Of a DNA stretch of 64,000 nt, positions 36,846-47,396 are shown piece after piece; the first letter of the stretch is position 1; each line of letters begins with the position of its first letter. The position numbers were made by a program, and so were the translations under genes. The notes under the pieces were generated by a model. It ran no database searches, was not told the origin of the DNA, and saw nothing but the letters and a program-made list of their open reading frames with translations. Source of the DNA: Cetorhinus maximus (taxonomy: Eukaryota); contig NW_027596338.1 in the NCBI RefSeq assembly GCF_964194155.1, forward strand, positions 62,001-126,000, written 5' to 3'.

Positions 36846-37029
36846 GTTCAAATTATTCTAGCCTGATTTGTTTCCCTGTTATTGGGTGGAAACTGGGGCC
36901 GGACGGTTCAATATTAAAGTTGTGAAACAAGTTGTACTTAAACCCATCTGCATGGACCCATCATTATCCACTAGAAACAAGGGGATTGGGACTTGGTGGA
37001 GAATTGAGAGTCCCCAAAGCAACAGTAAT

Positions 37030-37350
37030 AACGGCAGAATCCAACTCCGACAGTCACACGTGAACTCACTGGTATCCCAGCTGCTGGAATAAAGAAGTGA
37101 ATTACTGTTCACACACAGAACTCTCTCTGGCATGAATGTGCTGATCATGCTTCGAATTCTATTTGAACTTTCAAAATTGGTGGGAAAGCTGAGTAAATCC
37201 TTTTTCAAACACGAATTATCTGAATGGTCTCTCTCCAGAGTGACTGTGCTGCTGTGTCAGTAAATAGGATGACCAAGTGACTCAATTTCCACAATCAGCT
37301 GGAGAATATCCTACTGCTGGTGTGATGGCACCTATGAGTTTCCAGCTCAG
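37030..37350 (-). pseudogene. Decayed ZNF stub
   Basis: Homologous to 7560-7920 and 25330-25550. Confidence 0.65.
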
Positions 37351-37542
37351 ACAGCCAACCAACTCATTCTTCACAGTCAACAACAACAACGTGCATTTCT
37401 ATAATACATTTAATAAAACATCCTGAATTTCCTCACATGAGCATTAACAGTACCCACCTTAAGTTTGTGCTTGTGTCTCCAATTTGTTTCCAAAGACACT
37501 GTTATAATTTCCATACAATAAAAACGGGAATGCAGACATTTT

Positions 37543-37912
37543 TGTAAACTTTCCGAACCATAGCTTTATTTATTGTGCAGATACACTGGTAGTTTATGCA
37601 GTGCTGGAGGAAGCCATTGTGGAACGTCTGGGCTTCCAGGTGGTCCCATCGTGGAATCCATTCCTGAATCGGTGATACAACACCTTCAGGTGCCTCATGC
37701 GGCCTGTACCAGTTGTGTTTCTCCTTTTGGCCTCAGCACTGCAGTTATACTTCCTCTTTCTCTTGGCAGGGTAGGCACATTTGCCGCAGGTCGATTTCTG
37801 CAGGTGAAATGCTTTAGCCCCCACATCGCTGGCAAAGAGTGTGGGTCTTGTTCTGCTTTTTACCAAATGACGATGTTCCATTCGTCATTTTCACTGAGCG
37901 CTGGGGAGCCAT
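37543..37912 (-). pseudogene. rpl37: Processed pseudogene of ribosomal protein L37 (CDS 37594-37888, one frameshift)
   Basis: [23 protein letters not shown] / [45 protein letters not shown]; intronless, AATAAA in 3' UTR, 12-bp TSD (37531-37542 and 37913-37924). Confidence 0.96.
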
Positions 37913-38524
37913 TGCAGGCATTTTACCAACATCAATCAGTGGCTCTGTTAAATGGTTCATCACATTGTAATGTAATATTATAACATCCCTACGGTTATGA
38001 AAGCACATCCTCTGGCTCAGTTTGATCTATACCTTGGTAGATCTGCTAATGGGAATGGTTATTTTTTCTTATTTGTTATGACACACATTTATTGAATCAG
38101 ATATTTTGATGCTGATTGTCTCCCAGACAGATTTACTCCACCAATCTTAATAACCAGTGTTTCTTGTTTCCCAGTTTTATTTCCACAGTATTCAGCCAGT
38201 CCCATTGTTATTTCTCCCTTCTAGTTTAGCTCGTTCTTTTCTTCAATATCCTTTTTCATAATTCCTTTCCCATCTGCGTCCACCCAACTATTCAGATTTT
38301 ATTACCAACATTGGTAAGGATGTAAGATGTGTCATACAGCCTAAAGTATATCACTATTTCTGGTGATGGGTATTGATTCTTGAGAGCAATGCATGCAGGA
38401 GATAGTCCTTCTTAAGGAATCCCTTCTGAAACATTATTAACATCAGCTCAAATGTCAGAATGAACCTGGTTTAGTCCTGGAGGTGCTTAACAGCAACAAT
38501 AGCAGCAGAATACAACCCCTCCAT

Positions 38525-39521
38525 TCAATTGTGAACTCGCTGGCGTCTCATTAAGTGAGATGAATCAGTGAATCCTTTCCCACACACAGAGCAGGTGAAC
38601 GGCCTCTCCTCAGTGTGACCTCGCTGGTGTCTCAGCAGAACACCTGTGGCTTTAAAAGTCTTCTCACATTCAGAACATTTGAAAGGTCTGTTATCAGTGT
38701 GAACAAGTTGATGTGAATTGAGGTGAGCTAGACGAGTGAATCCCTTCCCACACACGGAACAGGTGAATGGCCTCTCCCCTGTGTGAATGCGCTGGTGCAT
38801 CAGCAGATCCCTTGTAGTTTTAAAGCTCTTCTCACAGTCAGAACATTGGAAAGGTTTCCGATCAGAGTGAACTCGCTGGTGCAACTTGAGGTTGGTCAAA
38901 CAAATAAATCCCTTTGCACACACAGAGCAGGGGAATGGCCTCTCCTCAGTGTGAATTCGCTGGTGTCTCAGAAGATCACCTGCAGTTTTAAAGGTCTTCT
39001 CACATTCTGAACATCGGAAAGGTCTGTTATCAGTGTGAACAAGTTGATGTGAGCTGAGGTGAGATAGTCGAGTGAATCCCTTCCCACATGGAGCAGGTGA
39101 GTGCCCTCTCCCTGGTGTGAACTTGTTGGTGTTTTATGAGTTTCATTGATTGTCTGAATACTTTCCCACAGTGAGAGCAACTGAACCGTCTCTCAGTGTG
39201 AACAAACTGGTGCTTGACCAGGTCCTCTCGTCTTTTAAAGCTCTTCTCACAATCAGAGCAGTTAAATAGCCTCTCAACAATATGAATGAGCTGGTGTCTC
39301 AGCAGCTGGGACAGAAAATTGAATCTCTTCTCACACACGGAGCACGTTAACGGCTTCTCCCCAGTGTGAGTTCTCTGGTGTATATGTAAGCTGGATGATA
39401 ATGTAAATCCCTCCCCACACACCGAGCAGGAGAACGGCCTCTCCCTGGTGTGACTGCGTCGATGAATCTCCAGCTACGTTGGGTAAATGAATCCCTTCCC
39501 GCATTCCCATGGTTTCTCCAT
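38525..39521 (-). pseudogene. C2H2 zinc-finger gene 5, frameshifted
   Basis: MEKPW start at 39521 followed by deletions; finger arrays split over ORFs 39030-39422 and 38525-38923. Confidence 0.85.
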
Positions 39522-41049
39522 GGTGTCTGTGTCCTTAAGGCTTTCCGGGTTAGACAATCAGTTGAAGCCTCGTTCACACACAGAACACATGTATGGTTTC
39601 TCCACACTGTGAATAGTTCTGTTTGTTTTCAGGCTGTGTAACTGATTAAACCTCACTCCACAGTCAGTGCACTGGAATGCTCTCATTCAGGTCTGTGTGT
39701 GTCTCGGTGCTTTTTCCTGTTGTTTGAAATATTTCCCCACAGTCAGAACAGACAAACATTTCTCCTTCCACATTCAAAAGCCGATAATATTCAGGTCTGG
39801 ATGAACTGAGTCATTCTGTCAGATCTTGATGTGATTTTTGGTTTGAGTTACTGATCTGCAAATCTTCCCCTTCTAAAGCCCTGTAAAAAGAGATTACAAT
39901 AAACATCACTGACAGTCCAGGACAGAAATTCAAAACAGACAATTCTAGTTCCTATGGAACATTTTTCTTCTCATCCCCAAAGCTGTAAATCACCATCCCA
40001 CACACACTCCCTCCTCCCTAGGCTAAAATCCAAATAAAGTGTTGGATAATTAATTCTTTCTGTATCCTTTCAACAAATCCTACAGAGATAGCAAAATGTT
40101 CGATAATTCACTTCAGTCATGACTCGTGACAAAACATTACACAATCAAACGTCTGAATGTGTGTTCCCTTGCTGAAATGTGGGAAAAGCTCTCTCTGGAC
40201 TTCAGCAGAAAACTCCAGAATCCCATCTCTCAAAGGCACTGCCCAACCACACGGAAGTAAATGTATAATGGAGTTCAGGAGAAAAGATACCATCTGCAAA
40301 TAAGCTATGGGACAAATACTCTACAAGACAGCCCAATCGCCCACTGTATAAAACTCATAAATAGGATGTAAATGATTGAGAGTTTAATGAACTCAAGCTG
40401 ACAACATATGATCGAAGGACTTTAATAGAAAACGCAGAGTGCAGTGGACCTTTCATTTATATTCTATAAATTAAGGAGTCCTGCATTTTGTAACATATTG
40501 TAATGACTTTATGCTGAAATGATCATAATTGTGCAATCCTTTAACTGATTAATATTTTCACTTTATTTTAATATTGCCTATAATTACGTCATGAATGATG
40601 ATTACTTGTTTTATTTGTATCATCATCACAATTCAGTACCTGCCACCGTGATGACTTTTCCATAAACCAATTATCTATCGAACCAGACCAATTATCTATT
40701 AATCTGAATCACCCTGACCGACCATACAGAATATCAGATGTTAACCTTGTGTCTAGAAATTACTGTGTGCAGATTTAATAAGCAATCGTGAAGGTGGTTT
40801 CTCCACACCTCCCAGGCTTTCCTTCCTTCTTTCTCTCCCTCTTTAACTAAGTTAAACTCAGTCTCTTGTCTCATTTTGGTTTCTGGTTCTCTTCCTGCCC
40901 AATGTAACCCTGAGCTTTTACAAGAAGCCATTTGTTCAGTTTCCCAAAGAGAGATCAGAATCCCCGTGAATTTGAGCCCAAAGTGTAACCTCTTATTTAT
41001 TGTCCCCCCTCCCCCATCCTCTGATGTGAACCATCCTCCACTCGCTGAC

Positions 41050-41362
41050 CCAGGATGGCGGCCGTTAACCTGGGCCTGTTCCCGGGAGGGAGAAGCCCTG
41101 CAGCTGCAAAACAGGAGCTGATAATTATTCCTCAGGGTTTGCGGATCCACAAAGTGTTTGCAAATCCTCCCCGTCCAGCCGCCGACTCCATCGCCCTCGA
41201 CCAGCTGCAGAAGCAACAAAAAAGTGGCTCATGTTCACGACTGACACTGCGCATGCTCCAAACACTGGAGGGCGGGGCACTGAGCATGCGCACTGGTCTC
41301 CTGTGGTGTGGATAGGGGACATTCTCTACCGCGGGAGATGCTGGGTAAAAGCCCCACCATTG
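41050..41362 (-). promoter_or_regulatory. ZNF promoter cassette and first exon (gene 5)
   Basis: Minus strand TTACCCAGCATCTCCCGC (41331-41348), TGCGCATGCTCA, GC box, GCATGCGCAG, candidate donor CAG|GTTAAC ~41068. Confidence 0.72.
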
Positions 41363-41883
41363 TGATTCACAATTCAGGTTCCCGTGATTATTTTGCAGGA
41401 ATGAGGTGGAGACTGACCGTAGCGCCAATCAATAAAATTAGGAACTTGACGTGCTGTAACTTACAAGGTTACAGACAAAGAACTGGATAGTGGGATTGGG
41501 CTGGCACAGACATGATGGGCCATATGGCCTCCTTCTGTCCTGTAAAGTTTTCTTTTCAGTTTCCATCGTTGAAGATGTTGAAGGCTGATATTTAGACTGA
41601 GACAGAATTTTGGTCTCTCAGGGAATTGAGGATCATGGGGAACAAGCAGGAAATTGGAATTGAGGCTGAAATCAGCCATGATCGTGTTGAATGGCGGAGC
41701 AGGCGTGACAGGTCAACTGGTCTAATCCTGCTCCTAGCCCTTATCTTCTTACAGCAGTGCTGTCTGCTTTCATGTAAACTCATTGACAGATATCCAGAAT
41801 ATTAAACTCCAGCCCAGTTACAAGGGTTACCAACAGCAACAAAAACAAAGGATGTGATTAACAGCAGAATCCAACCTCTGCAG

Positions 41884-42510
41884 TCACTTGTGAACTCGCT
41901 GGTGTGTCAGCAAGTAAGACGATCGAGCAAATCTCTTCCCACACACAGAGCAGGTGAACGTCCTCTCCCCAGTGTGAACTTGCTGCTGTGTCAGCAGGTT
42001 CGATGACTGAGAAAACCCCTTCCCACACACAGAGCAGGTGAATATCTTCTCCCCTGTGTGAACCCGTTGATGTGTCAACAAGTTGGATGATGAAGTGAAT
42101 CCCTTCCCACACACGAAGCAGGTGTACGGCCTCTCCCTAGTGTGAACTTGCTGGTGTTGAATGAAGAGAGACGACTGTCTGAATCTCTTCTCACATTGAG
42201 AACAACGGAATGGTCTCTCGTCAGTGTGAACAAGCTGGTGTTTAATTAGATCTGGTGAGATTTTAAAGCCTTTCCCACAATCAGAGCATTTAAAAGGCCT
42301 CTCTTCAGTGTGAACTCGCTGGTATAAATGAAGGCTGGACATCAGAATGAATCCCTTCCCACACACGGAGCAGGTGTACGGTCTCTCCCCAGTGTGAGTG
42401 CGTCGATGAGCTTCCAGCTGGGATGGGCAAGTGAATCCCTTCCCACAATCCCCACATTTCCACGGTTTTTTTGTGGTCTCAGTGCCTTTGTGTCTCTCCA
42501 GGTTGGACGA
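41884..42510 (-). pseudogene. C2H2 zinc-finger gene 6, 7 fingers (two degenerate), no ATG at the family start
   Basis: Open frame bounded by TGA at 42511-42513; family ATG replaced by ACA; upstream region runs into an RTE fragment. Confidence 0.7.
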
Positions 42511-43009
42511 TCAGTTGAAGCCTCATCCACAAACAGAACACATGTATCGTTTCTCCTCATTGTGAATGGTGTGATGTTTCTCAGGCTGTGTAACTGGTTA
42601 AAATTCTTTCCACAGTCAGTTAACTGGAACACTCTCACTTGGGTGTGTGGATCTCGGTGCTTTTCTAGCCACACTGATGCTTGAAATCTTTTCCCACAGT
42701 CAGAAAAAACACTTCTCCTTCCATGTTCCTGATGAATCAAGTGACTCTGTCAGCTCTTGATGAGATATTTGGTTTGAATTTCCCATCTTCAAATCATCTC
42801 CTTCTAATATCCTGTAAACAGAGTTTACAAAAGTTATCACTGTCAGTCCAGGATAGAAATTCAGAACAGAAAATTAAAGTTTCTATGAGACATACTTTCT
42901 TCTCTTTTTCTCTAAAACATGATGTCCAATTGAACTAAAAGAGCCCAAAATCAGCATCAACGCCCCAACTAGAGTGAAGAGAACCTTCCTAACTAAACCA
43001 GAATGTTGT

Positions 43010-44070
43010 TTCAAGTGTCTCTGAGACACACTGTACCCTGAGGTACCCATCGGTGGTGGATGGTATCAGTCGTCCGGATGGACACCACATGCTCCCTCTC
43101 CAGGGCCACCCAGACACGGACAAGACCATGGAAGGGAGGCCAGAAGCCTCTTATGGGGTAGAAACAGAAAATGCTGGAAAAACCCAGCTGGTCTGATAGC
43201 ATCTGTGGAGCGAGAAACAGAGTTAATGTTTCACGTCCGTACGACTCTTCTTCAGAGCCAGTGAAGTCAACTCTGCTTGATGAGAGCCAACGTATTTGGG
43301 AGATTTGTCTTTGAGAGGACTGCCACATTCCTGATTCTGTCCCTGAGACGCCCAGAATGTGCTGCAAACAGTGAAGGTGAAAGTTGTTGAGCTTGCTTTC
43401 CTGATCGCTATAAATCATCCATGTTTCACAGCCAGACAACAAGGTGCTGAGGAAATAGGCCTCATAAACCAGCATCTTGGTGCTGAGAGACAGCTTGATG
43501 TGAGTCGGCCAAACGTGGAGCTGCTTTCCCTACGCATGGATCGAGTTCTGCATCAAGAAACAGATTGTCTGTCATTGTGGACCCAAAGTCACAGATTTCA
43601 CTGGCCACTTCCAGCTGGGTGTTATTTAGTGTGATCAAGGATGGACACCGAGTCCCCAAACCAGTTTTCTTGATGTTTACAGTAAGGGAGAACAAGTTAC
43701 AGACATGGGAGAGACAGTCCATGAGTCTTTGTAGCTGAGTTTCTGTGTGAGTCACAAGCATGACATCATCAGCGTAGAGGAGGTCTCTGATCGAGACAGG
43801 CTGTATTTTGTCTTCACTTTCAGTCTGGACAGATTGTGGAGTTTGCCGTCTGACCGAGTATTCAGGGAAACTCCTTCCATATCTGCAGGGAAGGCCAAGG
43901 TCAGGAACATGGAAAAGAAAATGCCAAACAAACTGGGGACTCGGACACAGCCCTATTTCACTCCATTCTTCACACTGAAACTGTCAGAAGTGGAGCCGTC
44001 AAACTGTATAGTACAGGGTATGTTGTCATAAAAGGAGTGGATGAGATGGAGGAGCTTTAGTGGACAAAGT
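43010..44070 (-). mobile_element. RTE-clade LINE RT fragment with nested Penelope-like end (43160-43257)
   Basis: SDSFSVKNGVK.GCV, YADD-like motif, LQRLMDCLSHVCNLFSLTVNIKKT, STLLSGCETW. Confidence 0.85.
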
Positions 44071-44370
44071 TTTTGTTGCAATCTCCTCTGTCCTCTTTGT
44101 TTTTGTAAATTGTGATTATTTTTGTGTCACACACGTCCTGTGGAACGGATCCGACCTTCCAGCAGAGTTCATGAATTAAGGGGAATGATCACACATGGTG
44201 CTTTTAAAAAGGGACACTGCAGCCCCGAGTATCAGTGACAACTCCAGAATATTAAACTTCAGCCAGTTATAAGGGTTGTTAACATCAGCAGAAACAAACT
44301 TGACATTGTCAGACTATCAATCCTGAACATGATTAACAGCAGTGATAACAGCAGAATCCAACCCCTGCAG

Positions 44371-45125
44371 TCACTTATGAACTTGCTCATGTGTCGCTAG
44401 GTTGAAGGACCAAGTGAATCTCTTCCCACACATGGAGCAGGTGAATGGTTTCTCTCCAGTGTGAACTCGTTGGTGTGCAATGAGGGTGGATGACTGCCTG
44501 AAACTCTTTCCACAAGAAGTGCAGCTAAACGGCTTCTCCCCAGTGTGAACTCGCTGGTGTCTCAGCAGACTGGATGACTGAGTAAATCCCTGCCCACACA
44601 CAGAGCAGGTGAACGGCCTCTCCCCAGTGTGAACTCGCTGGTGTTCAGCAAGGGTGGATGAATGCCTGAAACTCTTTCTACAGGAAGCACAGTTGAATGG
44701 CTTCTCCTCAGATTGAACTCGCTGGTGTGACCTAAGGCCGGATGAATGAATGAATCCCTTCCCACACACAGAGCAAGTGAATGGCTTCTGCCCAGTGTGA
44801 AGTCGCTGGTGTATATTGAGGTTAGATGAAGACCTGAACCTCTTTCCACAGTGAGTGCAGCTGAACGGCCTTTCCTCAGTGTGAATTCGCTGGTGAAACA
44901 TCAGACAGGACGTCTGAGTAAATCCCTTCCCAGAGGGCAGGTGAATGGCCTCGCCTCAGTGTGAATTCGCTGGTGTGACATGAGCTTGACTGTCTGAGTG
45001 AATCCCTTCCCACACACGGAACAGGTGAATGGCTTCTCCCCAGTGTGAATGCATCGATGGATTTCCAGCTGAGATGGATAATTGAATCCTTTACCACAAT
45101 CCTCACATTTCCATGGTTTTCCCAT
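44371..45125 (-). pseudogene. C2H2 zinc-finger gene 7, single frameshift near 44930
   Basis: MGKPWKC ORF 44901-45125 (2 fingers) and ORF 44371-44901 (6 fingers). Confidence 0.8.
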
Positions 45126-46077
45126 GGTGCCGGAGTCCTTATGTCTCTCCAGGTTGGATAATCAGTTAAAGCCTTGTCCACACACAGAACACATGTATGG
45201 TTTCTCCCCACTGTGAATGGTGTGATGTTTTTTTAGGCTGTGTAACTGGTTAAAGCTCTTTCCACAGTCAGTGCACTGAACACTCCCACTCGGGTGTGTG
45301 TGTGCCTCAGTGTTTTACTGGTCACACTGATGTTTGAAATCTTTTCCCACAGACAAAACAAACAAGTATTTCTCCTTCCACATTCAATTGTCGATGATAT
45401 TCAAGTCCTGATGAATCGAGTGACAGTTTTAAATCTTAATGTGAAGCTTGATTTGAGTTTCCCTCTGTAAATCTTCCCCTTCTAATATCCTGCAAAAGGA
45501 GTTTACAAAACTCTTAAATAAACAGCATAGAAATTCAGAACAGGCAATTCTAGTTTCTATGGACCATTTCTTTCTCTCGTTCCCCCAAAGCTGTAAATCC
45601 CCGTCCCACACACTCTCCCTCCTCCCTGGGCTGAAATCCAAACCCATCTCACCATCTCCACCATTTCTTTCCTCCACTCCCAGTTTTCTCCCTCCCTCTC
45701 CTCTGCCTGGGTTCAGTTCTCCAGCTCCTGTCTGCAGACTGACTATAAAATCAGAGTCTTAGTGGAGGTTTGGGGCCTCCAGCGGGTGTTTCTGAATCCT
45801 CCCCGCCCACTTTCCAGGGTTTCCTTCCTTCCCACAGATCAGATCCTCATTGATTTGAGCCCAAAGTGTAACCTCTTATTTATTGTCCCCCCTCCCCCAT
45901 CCTCTGATGTGAACCATCCTCCACTCACTGATCCAGGATGGCGGCCGTTAACCTGGGCCTGTTCCCGGGAGGGAGAAGCCCCGCAGCTGCAAACCAGGAG
46001 CTGACAATTATTCCTCAGGGTTTGCGGATCCACAAAGTGTTTCCAAATCCTCCCACCCACCACCTCGCTCTGACTCC

Positions 46078-46706
46078 GCTTACTTGTGCTATGTGTGGGA
46101 AGGGATTCACTCAGTTATCCAGCCTTCAGTTACACCAGCGAGTTCATACTGGGGAGAAACTATTCGCTTACCCTGCGTGTGGGATGGCATTCACTCAGTT
46201 GTGCAAATTGTCGGATCATCAGAGTTCACACCGGGGAGAGGCCGTTCACCTACTCTGTGTGTGGGAAGGGGTTCACTCAGTTATCCACCTTGCTGAGACA
46301 CCAGTGCATTCACACTGGGGTGAGATCGTTCACCTGCACTGAGTGTGGAGAGGGATTCACTCAGCTTCCCCAGCTCACTTCACACCAACGTGTTCACTCT
46401 GACACGAGACCTTTTAAATGTTCCGACTGTGATAAGAGCTTTAAAGGCAAAATGGACCCGCTGACTCACCAGCGCAGTCACACTGGAGAGAGGCCGTTCA
46501 CCTGCTCTGTGTGTGGGAAGCGATTCATTCAACATTCCCTCAGACTGAAACACCAGCGCATTCACACCAGGGAGAGATCATTCACCTTCCCCGTCTGTGG
46601 GAAGGGATTCTCTCGTTCATCCATCCTGCAGACACACCAGCAAGTTCACAAGTTGCAGGACTTCGATACTGCTGTTATTGCTGCTGTTAATCACATCCAG
46701 GACTGA
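46078..46706 (+). pseudogene. 5'-truncated, frameshifted zinc-finger gene 8
   Basis: Fingers begin abruptly at ~46080 without leader; frameshift ~46220; ends [19 protein letters not shown]; AATAAA ~46797. Confidence 0.85.
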
Positions 46707-46912
46707 ACCATTTCATTTTGAAAGTTGTAGTTTGTTTCTGTTGGTGTTAGTAATCCCTGTGACTGGGCTGGAGTTTATTATTCTGGGGATAGGTTAAATA
46801 AATCAGCTTTGTGTCAAGCACAGTGTTCCAGTCCTTGATTTCTCTAAGAGGAGACTGATTGATGTCCTGTTACCTACTGTTGTATTTTTGGGCATTTTCT
46901 CCTTTGTTAATG

Positions 46913-47332
46913 GAGACTTGTATTTATATAGCACCTTTCACAACTTCAGGATGTCCCAAAATGCTTTACAGCCAATTAAGTTTTTTTGAAGTGTAGTCAC
47001 TGTTGTAATCTATGAAATGCAGTCACTAAATTGTGCACAGCAAGATCCCACAAATAGAAATGTGATTGTGACCAGATAACCTGTTCAGTGGTGTTTGTTG
47101 AGGATAAAAATGAAGCAGTACAGCAGGGAGAACTCCCTTGCTCTTTGGAATAACATCCTGGGAACTTTTACACCCAATTGAGAGGACAGATGGGGCCATA
47201 GACTGACAGTGCAGTGCTCCCTCAGTACTGCATCAAAATATCAACCTGGATTTTATACTCATGTTTCTGGATGTGGATTTCAACCCACAGCCTTCCGACT
47301 GAGAGATACGAATGCAAACACTGAACCACAAA
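46913..47332 (-). mobile_element. Deu-domain tRNA-derived SINE (SacSINE1/AmnSINE1-like)
   Basis: tRNA-like head on minus ~47270-47332, central agatcccacaaa/gggagaactccc body, tail cttgtatttatatagcacctttcac. Confidence 0.75.
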
Positions 47333-47396
47333 TAACACTTCATCATTACTCTAGATTATTTCAGTTCTCCTACCTTCAGTTACTCTCATGGACAAG

